Source of the DNA: Phyllobates terribilis
Lineage: Eukaryota
NCBI RefSeq assembly: GCF_046119375.1
Contig: NW_027362769.1
Location: forward strand, 359,290,001-359,354,000
DNA: 64,000 nucleotides
Reading direction: 5' to 3'
Shown: in pieces, positions 50,501 to 63,114 of the stretch
Position numbering within the stretch: position 1 is the first letter of the stretch
How the letters are laid out: each line of letters starts with the position of its first letter
Program-made: the position numbers and the translations under genes
Notes under the pieces: generated by a model
What the model saw: only the letters and a program-made list of their open reading frames with translations
Told to the model about the DNA's origin: nothing
Databases searched by the model: none

Positions 50501-52250
50501 TATATAGAGCAGCCTGTACAGTATATAGAGCAGTGTGTACAGTATATAGAGCAGCCTGTACAGTATATAGAGCAGTGTGTAGAGTATATAGAGCAGCGTG
50601 TACAGTATATAGAGCAGTGTGTACAGTATATAGAGCTGCCTGTACAGTATATAGAGCAGTGTGTACAGTATATAGAGCAGCCTGTACAAAATATAGAGCA
50701 GCCTGTACAGTATATAGATCAGTGTGTACAGTATATAGTTCAGTGTGTACAGTATATAGAGCAGCCTGTAGAGTATATAGAGCAGTGTGTACAGTATATA
50801 GAGCAGTATATACAGTGTATAGAGCAGTGTGTACAGTATATAGAGCAGTGTGTACAGTATATAGAGCAGTGTGTGCAGTATATAGAGCAGCATATACAGT
50901 GTACAGAGCAGTGTGTACAGTATATAGAGCAGTGTGTACAGTATATATAGCTGCCTGTACAGTATATAGAGCAGTGTGTGCAGTATATAGAGCAGCCTGT
51001 ACAGAATATAGAGCAGCCTGTACAGTATATAGATCAGTGTGTACAGTATATAGTTCAGTTTGTACAGTATATAGAGCTGCCTGTACAGTATATAGAGCAG
51101 TGTGTATAGTATATAGAGCTGCCTGTACAGTATATAGAGCAGTGTGTACAGTATATAGAGCAGCCTGTACAGAATATAGAGCAGCCTGTACAGTATATAG
51201 ATCAGTGTGTACAGTATATAGTTCAGTTTGTACAGTATATAGAGCAGCCTGTACAGTATATAGATCAGTGTGTACAGTATATAGTTCAGTGTGTACAGTA
51301 TATAGAGCAGCCTGTACAGTATATAGAGCAGGGTGTACAGTATATAGAGCAGTCTGTACAGTATATAGTTCAGTGTGTACAGTATATAGAGCAGAGTGTA
51401 CAGTATATAGATCAGTGTGTACAGTATATAGTTCAGTTTGTACAGTATATAGAGCAGCCTGTACAGTATATAGATCAGTGTGTACAGTATATAGTTCAGT
51501 GTGTACAGTATATAGAGCAGCCTGTACAGTATATAGAGCAGGGTGTACAGTATATAGAGCAGTCTGTACAGTATATAGTTCAGTGTGTACAGTATATAGA
51601 GCAGAGTGTACAGTATATAGAGCAGTGTGTACAGTATATAGAGCAGCCTGTACAGTATATAGAGCAGTGTGTACAATATATAGAGCAGTGTGTATAGTAT
51701 ACAGAGCAGCCTGTACAGTATATAGAGCAGTGTGTACAGTATATAGAGCAGTATATACAGTGTATAGTGCAGTGTGTACAGTATATAGAGCAGCCTGTAC
51801 AGTATATAGAGCTGCCTGTACAGTATATAGATCAGTGTGTACAGTATATAGAGCAGCCTGTACAGAATATAGAGCAGCCTGTACAGTATATAGATCAGTG
51901 TGTACAGTATATAGTTCAGTGTGTACAGTATATAGAGCAGTGTGTACAGTATATAGAGCAGTATATACAGTGTATAGAGCAATGTGTACAGTATATAGAG
52001 CAGTGTGTACAGTATATAGAGCAGTATATACAGTGTATAGAGCAGTGTGTAAAGTATATAGAGCAGTGTGTACAGTATATAGAGTAGTGTGTACAGTATA
52101 TAGATCAGTGTATTCAGTATATAGAGCAGCCTGTACAGTATATGAAGTTATCTGTACATTGTATACAGTATTGTGTTTAATATATACAGTAGTAAGTACA
52201 CTGGATGTAGCAGATTGTTCAGTTTATACAGCAGTCAGTACAGTATAGAG
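44555..52250 (+). repeat. 21-bp satellite, segment III (about 365 units), decaying at the right end
   Basis: Tandem array; degenerate units after about 52140. Confidence 0.98.
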
Positions 52251-53015
52251 AGAATGTGTACCTTATATACATGAGTTTTTACACTATATGCAGCAGTGTA
52301 TAACAGGGGAGATGTAATAAAGTCCCATTTGATATACAGTATATTGCAGTACTGTTTGTACTCTCCATAATTTCTTTAGGAGCATTAAGCCTCTCATGGA
52401 CATATCCTTACACTCATACATGAATACTGACTTTATTTCTTTTTCACGGATCTCACCGACACATTTGTTAATGTCACGGGTATATCTAATTTAGACACCG
52501 CCATGTCGCATTTCTCCTTTGTATCCCAGGAGTCTTTTGTTGTATTTATATACTCAACCTCCAATTAATTTCCTTCCCTTTACATATCTCTTCTTCACAG
52601 ACACATCACACTTTCAATATATATTTTTCATCAAGAATTAGTAAATTATTTACATTAATATGTATTTTTTATATTTCCACTAGTTGTCTTTTAATTCTCA
52701 TGCAAAACATTTTTTTCAGTCACAATGATTAAAAATTAATCTTACCTTTTATAGAGACACCATTTTTTTATTTGCATTGATTACTTATTTTTTTTTTTTA
52801 CATTTATTTCTACTGAATATTTTTTTCATTAGTGCATACAACATTTTTTAAACCTTTTTTTCCTTTTGGAAAATTCATTTTTTTGCTCAATGTTCTCTTT
52901 TTCACTTTTTTTTTCTTTTACCCCAGCATTATTTGTATTTGACAATGGAATGATCACGCACACCTCATATGGGCGGCTTTATCAATTGGTGCAATTTTTT
53001 GAATCGTCAAACTTT

Positions 53016-53849
53016 TTAACCCCTTAGTGACCAATAGATGTCTTTTTACTGACCTGCTATATAAGAGACTAGCGTTCCCCCACAGGTGACTATCCTGTAA
53101 CTGTCACCTGTACACGATAGCTGCCAACTTGCTGCATCAGCCACAATCAGTGTTAGCACCGACCTTGGACGTTTAACCCCTTAGATTCTGCTGTCAATAG
53201 TGACTACAGCATCTAAATAGTTAACAGATTGTGGGGGCGCCCTCTTTGACCTCATCGGCACCCTGAGATCTTGATTGCGTGGTCCTGATGTTTGCCATGG
53301 CAGGTAATGGCCAAATAACGGCCTTAGAGTGTTCCGGCTATAGTGGCCTGTTCAGAAGTTATCAAAATTTAGGTGGTAAAAATAAACTTTTTCATTCTTT
53401 TCATGCCACTTTCCATTATTTCCTGAAAAGAACCAGAAGGGTTAATGAACTACCTGAAAGCAGTTTTAAGTACCTTGAGGGGTGCAGTTTTTAAAATGGT
53501 ATGACTTTTGGGTGGTTTCCAACATATGGGACCCCCAAAGTCACTTCAAAACTGAATTGGTCCCTATAAAAATACATTTTGTAAATTTCCTGGAAAAAAT
53601 GAAAAATTACTGCTACATTTTTAAAACTTCTAAAATGTTAACAAAATAAAACAACGCTTTACAAATGGAGCTGATGTAAAGCAGACATGAGGGAAATGTT
53701 ATTTAATAATGTTTTTGTGTGGTATGACTATTGGGATTAAAGGGATAGTCATACAAAGTTTGAAAATTGCAATTTTTAAAATATTTTTGTCAAATTTCTG
53801 ATATTTCTGATATTTTTATAAATAAACTCAAAACATATTTAAATAGTGA
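53016..53849. mobile_element. Fragment of a TTAA/CCCCTT (piggyBac-type) non-autonomous element related to 17717-21827
   Basis: Starts TTAACCCCTTAGTGACC; 53420-53830 resembles 21250-21650 (gaagggttaat...accttgaggggtgcagttttta). Confidence 0.75.
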
Positions 53850-54296
53850 TATTATGATCTGCAAAAAGTACTAAGGAAAGTAAGGGGAAAGCTATCCCTA
53901 CAGTAAGACTAAGCTGAATCCCTACAATGTAGCGGGCTGCCTGTTCCTTGCGAACAGACCCGCCTTAGTCCTCGAATAGTCTGAACGAAGACCTATAGCA
54001 TAAGGGAGGGGTCCCTAAAAGAACTTAGGACTGGAACAAAAATGGGACTCCTCCTAAACAGAGAAGTTGTTGCAGAACACAAAAAGATAAACTGACAAAA
54101 GGTACTAGAGGTCCCAGAAGGACCAAGCGAACTGACAGAGAAAGGCACCGAAGCACCTGGCTAGCAAAACAGACAAACAACACTGAAGTCCAGCACAGCC
54201 AAAAGGGTGGAGCTGGAATATAAAGGCAGATGGTCACGTGTCCGCAAAACACAAGATGGAAAAAACAAACAAAAAAACAAACAGGAGGGTTCTAAC
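53850..54296 (-). repeat. 3' LTR of a minus-strand chromovirus, about 447 bp
   Basis: Minus strand starts TGTTAGAACC right after PPT AAAAGAGGGGGG (54300-54311) and ends ...GATCATAATA. Confidence 0.75.
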
Positions 54297-56829
54297 AGTA
54301 CCCCCTCTTTTATGAGGATCCTCCGGATCCTCCAAGCCCAGGCCTATCCGGAAACCTCCTGTGGAAAGCTCTAATAAGCATAGGAGCAGAGACATCATCC
54401 GCCCTTACCCAGGAGTTATCTTCGGGACCGAAACCCTTCCAGGAGACGAGATACTGTAATCTCACTCTATGCCATCTAGAATTCAAGATACGAGAAATTT
54501 CATTTTCGCCGTCTTCCACCACAGGAGGAACTGAGACAGTGGCATCCCTATCTGATACATCAGCTTTTTTCAACAAGGAAACATGAAACACAGGATTAAT
54601 CTTCCAGGAAGTAGGGACATCCAACCTAACAGCAGACCGGTTAATAACCTGAAGCACTTTAAATGGACCACAAACTTAGGACCCAGTTTTTTAAAGGGAA
54701 TCATCAACAGCAAGTTCCTTGAGGACAACCAAACCATGCCACCCATAGTAAACAAAACCTCCTTACGTTTCCTGTCAAAATACTTATTGGACTTCCTGTT
54801 AGCCTCTTGAAGGTTGCAACGTACATTAGTCCAAACTGTCTCCAAATCACCGGAAAAATTCTCCTCCCCCGGCACCGTCAACCCCAATTTGGAGAACGAA
54901 CCAAAAGGAGAACACCCAGCAGAGGAGGATGTATGATTGTTAAGAGCAAATTCTGCGAGAGGCAGAAGCTCAGACCACACCTCTTGATTGTCCGAGACAA
55001 AACAACGCAAAAACTGTTCTACATCTTGGTTCTTTCTTTCAGTCTGTCCATTAGACTCAGGATGATACCCAGACGAAAATGACAAATGGACTCCCAACCT
55101 GTCACAAAAAGCACGCCAAAAGCGAGCCACAAACTGAGGTCCTCTATCAGAAACAATATCCGTGGGAACACCATGAAGCTTGACAATCTCCTTAACAAAC
55201 GTTTTAGCGAGAGTCTTGGCGCAGGGCCACGTAATGAATGGAACCAAATGACACATCTTACTAAAACGGTCCAAGACCACCCAGATGAAACCCTCGTACC
55301 CAGGCAGATCAGAAATAAAATCCATTGTGAGATGCGTCCAAGGCGTACTAGGAACCTCCAGAGGGCAAAGCAACCCCGCAGCAGGAGTATGTGAAGCCTT
55401 TGACCTAGCACACACAGTACATTGACGCATCCACTTTATGACTTCCTTCTGCCATCCAGGCCACCAAAAACTGCGACTGATAAGTCTCTTAGTCTCAGAA
55501 ATTCCCGGATGACCTGCCAACCGAGACTCATGACACTCCACAAACAACTCTCTCCTAAAGGTTCTAGAAACGAACAATCTCCCATGGGGAGTGTTAGATG
55601 GAGCATCATCTTGAGCTTTCAGAATCCCATTCTCCAAAACGGAGTCCAATGCCGACACCACAACTCCTTTCTGTAAAATGGTCTCCTCCTCCTCGGCACC
55701 GACCGTAGGAGAGAAGCTGCAAGATAAATCATTGGCTTTAACATTCTTTGTACCAGGGATATAGGTAACAGAAAAATGAAACCGAGAAAAAAAAGTGCTC
55801 ACCTAGCATTCAAGCACTTGGCAGCATTCAGATAGATCAAATTCTTATGATCTGTGAAAACCTGAATAGGAAATCTAGCGCCTTCCAAAAAATGACGCCA
55901 ATGTTCAAACGCGAGTTTAATAGACAACAACTCCCAATTTCCAACATCATAATTCAATTCGGTTTTCAAATTTTTTTTCGAAAACAAGGCACAAGGATGT
56001 ACTCTATCCCTGTTCTCCTAAGACAAAACTGCTCCGACCCCGACCGATGAAGCATCGACCTCGACCAAAAAAGGCTTGGTCTCATCAGGCTGCATAAGGA
56101 TAGGGGTAGAACTGAACCTCTCTTTGAGATACTCAAACGCTTCAATGGCCTCAGTAGTCCACTGGGCCGTATTCGCTCCTTTCCTGGTGAGATCGGTTAA
56201 AGGCTTAACAATTACAGAAAAATTCTTAATGAATTTCCTGTAATAATTGGCAAAACCCAAAAATCTCTGTATAGATTTCAAACCAATAGGCTTAGGTCCT
56301 TCCTGAACAGCCTGAACCTTCACCGGGTCCTTCTCAAAGACCTCGCTGGAGACAATGTAGCCCAAAAAACTAATTTTTTTGCACAGCGAACTCACATTTC
56401 TCCAGCTTAACAAAGAGTGAATTATCACTCAATAACTGCAAAACTTCACGTACACTCTGCCAATGGGACTCCAGATCTGGTGAATAAATCAAAATGTCAT
56501 CCAAATACACAACCACATTCTTACCAATCAAAGGTCTCAGAATGTCATTAATAAGGTTCTGAAAAAATGCAGGTGCATTGGTAAGACCGAAAGGCATCAC
56601 CAGATTCTCAAAATGACCTACCGGAGTGTTAAAAGCAGTTTTCTATTCATCACCCTCCTTCACTCGTAACAAATTGTATGCCCCCCGGAGATCAATCTTA
56701 GAGAACCACTTGGCCCCCACTAACTGGTTACACAAGTCAGGAATTAACGGCAATGAGTAGGAATTGCGTACGGTAATCTTATTAATTTCACGAAAATCCA
56801 GACATGGACGTAAACCCCCGTCCTTTTTT
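53850..56829 (-). mobile_element. Degenerate, 5'-truncated chromodomain Gypsy element (chromovirus)
   Basis: RT ([14 protein letters not shown]), RNase H (DASSVGVGAVL, FTDHKNL), integrase (GHPG, CTVC, SDRGPQF, GQTER), chromodomain (QYLVSWKGFGPEDNSW); several frameshifts and stops. Confidence 0.92.
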
Positions 56830-56864
56830 TTAACCCCTTTCTGACCCAGGGCGTATTAGTACGT
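56830..56864 (+). mobile_element. 35-bp terminal remnant of a TTAA/CCCCTT element
   Basis: TTAACCCCTTTCTGACC...CGTATTAGTACGT; the last 13 nt equal 17781-17793; it sits at a TTAA in the chromovirus RT. Confidence 0.7.
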
Positions 56865-56944
56865 AGAGGAAGACCGTCACCGCTATGGACGTGGTGTACG
56901 CGCTCAAGCGCCAGGGCTGCACTCTCTACGGCTTCGGAGGTTAA
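56865..56944 (+). pseudogene. H4: 3' fragment of histone H4 (about codon 78 to stop) with an R-to-C change
   Basis: Matches 7239-7318 except cgc>tgc; 3' flank to 57101 is near-identical to 7319-7471. Confidence 0.95.
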
Positions 56945-56976
56945 TTGTATTCTCTGCTCCATCCTGACAACCCAAA

Positions 56977-56992
56977 GGCTCTTTTCAGAGCC
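56977..56992 (+). terminator. Stem-loop of the H4 fragment
   Basis: GGCTCT-TTTC-AGAGCC; 4-nt insertion before the HDE relative to the intact H4. Confidence 0.9.
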
Positions 56993-58041
56993 ACCACATC
57001 TTCTGAGTGAGAGGCTACAATCTCCTGTTGCTGTGCCGGGAGCTGATCTCTACTGTGCACTGGTGATCTCTGTATTCTGGCTGGTGGATCGCTCAGGTGT
57101 CCAGTTTGGGTGATGTGATGTGTCTTCTTATGGATCTATAACAAATATTACACACGGTGGATGCGGGGGAGTGGTGATACATATAGCTCTGTGCACACAG
57201 CTCATACCCTGCTGTGATGCGATTATTACAGAACAGAAATCCAAGTCTTGCCATGAGATGAATGTGTTGATTCTGCTACATGATATTTTTTCAGATCAGT
57301 GTAGGATGCAGCGAATATTCACTGCATGAGGCAGCTGGATAGATGGCCGCCCTGTGTACCCGGTATGTAGACTCCAATGTGATGACCGCTGATCTGTTTA
57401 GCCAATGAGTAGTAACCAGATATAGGGGTTTCCTCCTTCGTTTAACTCCTTAGTGGCCGTGTGTCTGCTGATCACACACATGATTTACTCAAGCGGCTCC
57501 TTCCCCCACTACAGACCCGCAGCGCTCACATCAGGCTCCTGGTAGAACATGAGACTTGTCTTAGTCTGTGGTGGGATCGGAACCGACACCACAGGGAATC
57601 CGCAAAGAATAATACGCGGGTGAGTGAGGAGCCTCCTGCACGTGTAGATGGAGCGGAGAAGCATCAGATCACTGCTGAATATACAGATAACGGCACTGAT
57701 TGGAATTAACCCCCTCTCCCCCTACATGAGGATTGTGTGGAGCGCAGAAAACCCAAGCAAAGTAATCGTCCAATTTATAGGTTTTGTGGAATAAAAAACA
57801 TAATGACTGGACTCCATGCTTAATCTTCCCCTACGGAAATATTTACCAGTCATCCCTTGTACACTGCTGAATATACTAGATCACTGCACCATCACCACAC
57901 CAGTAACATGTAGCAGGATCTACCTGTGCATTTAATGCTTCTACTCTATAGTAAACAATGTATCGTGTAGTTCTATCTGACGCTGCAGGCGATGGTTCTC
58001 TTATCCACCAGCGGTGCCGGCTCTGATGAGGAGGATGTGGT

Positions 58042-58057
58042 GGCTCTTAGAAGAGCC
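58042..58057 (-). terminator. H2A 3' stem-loop
   Basis: Minus strand GGCTCT-TCTA-AGAGCC, then ACCA, then CAGAGCC. Confidence 0.95.
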
Positions 58058-58091
58058 TTTGGTTGTTCGGACAGATGTGGAGGAGCGGCGC

Positions 58092-59154
<1,063 letters not shown>

Positions 59155-59188
59155 NNNNNTCCGTCTGCTGCTCCGCCATCACCCCAAA

Positions 59189-59204
59189 GGCTCTTCTAAG
59201 AGCC
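59189..59204 (+). terminator. H2B 3' stem-loop
   Basis: GGCTCT-TCTA-AGAGCC followed by ACCA. Confidence 0.95.
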
Positions 59205-59209
59205 ACCAC

Positions 59210-61112
59210 CCCGTCTACATCAGAGCTGTGGCTGCTCCTGTGTCCTCTCCCGTCTACATCAGAGCTGTGGCTGCTCCTGTGTCCTCTCCCGTCTACATCA
59301 GAGCTGTGGCTGCTCCTGTGTCCTCTCCCGTCTACATCAGAGCTGTGGCTGCTCCTGTGTCCTCTCCCGTCTACATCGGAGCTGTGGCTGCTCCTGTGTC
59401 CTCTGCCGTCTACATCGGAGCTGTGGCTGCTCCTGTGTCCTCTGCCGTCTACATCGGAGCTGTGGCTGCTCCTGTGTCCTCTGCCGTCTACATCGGAGCT
59501 GTGGCTGCTCCTGTGTCCTCTCCCGTCTACATCGGAGCTGTGGCTGCTCCTGTGTCCTCTCCCGTCTCCATCGGAGCTGTGGCTGCTCCTGTGTCCTCTC
59601 CCGTCTACATCGGAGCTGTGGCTGCTCCTGTGTCCTCTCCCGTCTCCAGAGCTGTGGCTGCTCCTGTGTCCTCTCCCGTCTACATCAGGGCTGTGGCTGC
59701 TCCTGTGTCCTCTCCCGTCTACATCAGAGCTGTGGCTGCTCCTGTGTCCTCTCCCGTCTACATCAGAGCTGTGGCTGCTCCTGTGTCCTCTCCCGTCTAC
59801 ATCAGAGCTGTGGCTGCTCCTGTGTCCTCTCCCGTCTACATCAGGGCTGTGGCTGCTCCTGTGTCCTCTCCCGTCTCCATCAGAGCTGTGGCTGCTCCTG
59901 TGTCCTCTCCCGTGTACATCAGAGCTGTGGCTGCTCCTGTGTCCTCTCCCGTGTACATCAGAGCTGTGGCTGCTCCTGTGTCCTCTCCCGTCTACATCAG
60001 AGCTGTGGCTGCTCCTGTGTCCTCTCCCGTCTACATCGGAGCTGTGGCTGCTCCTGTGTCCTCTGCCGTCTACATCGGAGCTGTGGCTGCTCCTGTGTCC
60101 TCTGCCGTCTACATCGGAGCTGTGGCTGCTCCTGTGTCCTCTGCCGTCTCCATCGGAGCTGTGGCTGCTCCTGTGTCCTCTCCCGTCTACATCAGAGCTG
60201 TGGCTGCTCCTGTGTCCTCTCCCGTCTACATCGGAGCTGTGGCTGCTCCTGTGTCCTCTCCCGTCTACATCGGAGCTGTGGCTGCTCCTGTGTCCTCTCC
60301 CGTCTACATCGGAGCGGTGGCTGCTCCTGTGTCCTCTCCCGTCTACATCGGAGCTGTGGCTGCTCCTGTGTCCTCTGCCGTCTACATCGGAGCGGTGGCT
60401 GCTCCTGTGTCCTCTCCCGTCTACATCGGAGCGGTGGCTGCTCCTGTGTCCTCTCCCGTCTACATCGGAGCTGTGGCTGCTCCTGTGTCCTCTCCCGTCT
60501 ACATCAGGGCTGTGGCTGCTCCTGTGTCCTCTCCCGTCTCCATCAGAGCTGTGGCTGCTCCTGTGTCCTCTCCCGTCTCCATCAGAGCTGTGGCTGCTCC
60601 TGTGTCCTCTCCCGTCTCCATCAGGGCTGTGGCTGCTCCTGTGTCCTCTCCCGTCTCCATCAGAGCTGTGGCTGCTCCTGTGTTCTCTCCCGTCTCCATC
60701 AGAGCTGTGGCTGCTCCTGTGTCCTCTCCCGTCTCCATCAGAGCTGTGGCTGCTCCTGTGTCCTCTCCCGTCTCCATCAGAGCTGTGGCTGCTCCTGTGT
60801 CCTCTCCCGTGTACATCAGAGCTGTGGCTGCTCCTGTGTCCTCTCCCGTGTACATCAGAGCTGTGGCTGCTCCTGTGTCCTCTCCCGTCTACATCAGAGC
60901 TGTGGCTGCTCCTGTGTCCTCTCCCGTCTACATCAGAGCTGTGGCTGCTCCTGTGTCCTCTCCCGTCTACATCAGAGCTGTGGCTGCTCCTGTGTCCTCT
61001 CCCGTCTACATCGGAGCTGTGGCTGCTCCTGTGTCCTCTCCCGTCTACATCAGAGCGGTGGCTGCTCCTGTGTCCTCTCCCGTCTCCATCAGAGCTGTGG
61101 CTGCTCCTGTGT
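59210..61112 (+). repeat. 39-bp tandem array, about 49 copies, each carrying the H2B HDE
   Basis: Unit cccgtctacatcagagctgtggctgctcctgtgtcctct starts 5 nt after the stem-loop. Confidence 0.97.
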
Positions 61113-61134
61113 TCTGTCTATTCACAGGGTAAAT

Positions 61135-61149
61135 GACAGGTGGCGCTAG
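61135..61149 (+). promoter_or_regulatory. CTCF-like motif
   Basis: GACAGGTGGCGCTAG matches the core of the CTCF consensus; the 5' positions deviate. Confidence 0.4.
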
Positions 61150-61371
61150 TAGAGCTGATTAACCCTTTCTAGACTGATGGTGAAACCTATGAATGAGTCC
61201 TTCACAGCTCTGATCCTTTCAGTAATCTTATGAGCGAGTTGTCCTGTGTTCAGTGGCTTTTTACTCCACCCCTTGCTCCCCAGATCTGATATTCCGGGGT
61301 CTCCTCCATCCTGTATAACATGATTCGTTTAGTTCATGTTTCTCCGAATAACATGAGACATTTGTGTAGAT

Positions 61372-61937
61372 TTTATCTATAATTCCGGACACTTCTTTTC
61401 ACAGCGGAAGAAATTACATCATTACATTTAGAAGTTGTGGAAACTACAATGAGCGGGAAATTCATAATCCGTAGAGGAAGAGGAGGAGCTAATGTTACCA
61501 ATGGGTGAATTCCCGCTCAGTGGCTGATGGATTTTCTGTTCTTTGTCATCATATAACACGTGGTCCTATGTCGGGCCGATATCGGGAACACCTGCATGTG
61601 TGCAGCGATTATTCCTCGTTTACATCATACAGGAGTCTGTAGAGTTTCGGGATTAGGGCAGCAGATCTTTCTCTTCCGTACATTGCATCACAATCACTAT
61701 TGTGGAGGACTATATACTGATCGGGGATTTATCCTACAAGAGACATTTCTAGAAAGATCAATTCTACTTTCCCATGCAGATCTCATTATGTCTCCCCGAT
61801 CATCTCCTCAGCAGTTTTCCAGTAATCCATTTACAGATCAATTCTACAGCTAAAGGCAGGAGGTTTGTGACAGGACACGTACGATCGTGGATTGCAGATT
61901 GCTGAGAGTTCATTGCTCAGAACATTACACTCTGCTG
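61372..61937 (+). other. Block B copy 2 (inverted paralog of the H3-H4 spacer), with a damaged third E2F module at 61439-61496
   Basis: GGAAACTACAATGAGCGGGAAATTCA...GAGGAGCTAATGTT; the CHR/CCAAT segment is deleted. Confidence 0.8.
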
Positions 61938-62702
61938 TCAGGAGCCTATAGGTCAGGCATGCAGTATAGGTCAGGCATGCAGTATAGGTCAGGCATGCAG
62001 TATAGGTCAGGCATGCAGTATAGGTCAGGCATGCAGTATAGGTCAGGCATGCAGTATAGGTCAGGCATGCAGTATAGGTCGGGCATGCAGTATAGGTCGG
62101 GCATGCAGTATAGGTCAGGCATGCAGTATAGGTCAGGCATGCAGTATAGGTCGGGCATGCAGTATAGGTCGGGCATGCAGTATAGGTCGGGCATGCAGTA
62201 TAGGTCGGGCATGCAGTATAGGTCGGGCATGCAGTATAGGTCGGGCATGCAGTATAGGTCGGGCATGCAGTATAGGTCGGGCATGCAGTATAGGTCGGGC
62301 ATGCAGTATAGGTCAGGCATGCAGTATAGGTCAGGCATGCAGTATAGGTCAGGCATGCAGTATAGGTCAGGCATGCAGTATAGGTCGGGCATGCAGTATA
62401 GGTCAGGCATGCAGTATAGGTCAGGCATGCAGTATAGGTCAGGCATGCAGTATAGGTCGGGCATGCAGTATAGGTCGGGCATGCAGTATAGGTCGGGCAT
62501 GCAGTATAGGTCAGGCATGCAGTATAGGTCGGGCATGCAGTATAGGTCGGGCATGCAGTATAGGTCAGGCATGCAGTATAGGTCGGGCATGCAGTATAGG
62601 TCGGGCATGCAGTATAGGTCAGGCATGCAGTATAGGTCAGGCATGCAGTATAGGTCAGGCATGCAGTATAGGTCAGGCATGCAGTATAGGTCAGGCATGC
62701 AG
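61938..62702 (+). repeat. 18-bp minisatellite, about 42 copies
   Basis: Same unit as 9499-9762, expanded. Confidence 0.97.
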
Positions 62703-62800
62703 TTAGATCCTCAGTCATCACATCCTCCTCAGGAGATTCTTTCCTGCTCAGGTACTGATCGCTCTTCTGCTCTTTCTCTTGTCCTCTCCCTCTTTATCCA

Positions 62801-62878
62801 CTGACACTGAACATGGGCCCCGTCTCCTCCCAACAGAGAGAAGCTCCGCACTCCAGTTGTGCTTCCCTGCCCGGATAA
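62801..62878 (-). pseudogene. Decayed inverted H1 promoter relic, copy 2
   Basis: Near-identical to 9861-9937. Confidence 0.8.
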
Positions 62879-62884
62879 TGTCTG

Positions 62885-63007
62885 TCATACAGAAAGCGGA
62901 TTGCACGATGTGGAGACGATCTGGAGCTGCTGAGACCCCAGAAGGGTAACACAGGCGATGGCCTCCGCTGACTGCCACCTCCCTGACCTGTAATATAAGT
63001 ACACCCC
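62885..63007 (+). other. 123-bp conserved element E123, copy 3
   Basis: 2 substitutions versus 9944-10066. Confidence 0.9.
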
Positions 63008-63114
63008 ACTATTGTGCAAAAGGTGAACTGCTGAGAGAAGACACAAAATGCAGCGTCTACACACAGAGCACAGCTGTATATAGTGCACAGACTGCACAAC
63101 AATTATATACAGCA

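Noticed and set aside
9854-52248. Very long ORFs (up to 1826 aa) of LYILYTL, CTVYRAV, QYIEQCV and CSIYCTH repeats
   Set aside because: The 21-bp unit lacks stops in five of six frames, so long ORFs are expected; there is no start context, splice structure or protein-like complexity.
57378-57395. C/D box snoRNA (TGATGA...CTGA)
   Set aside because: The boxes are only a few nucleotides apart and there is no terminal stem.
58023-58029. CTGATGA as a second hammerhead core
   Set aside because: No stem II plus GAAA follows; it is the reverse complement of the H2A HDE region.
61560-61853. 97-aa ORF in block B as a real gene
   Set aside because: There is an upstream in-frame stop, the frame is broken by a 2-nt indel in copy 1 (near 9186), and no domain is recognisable.
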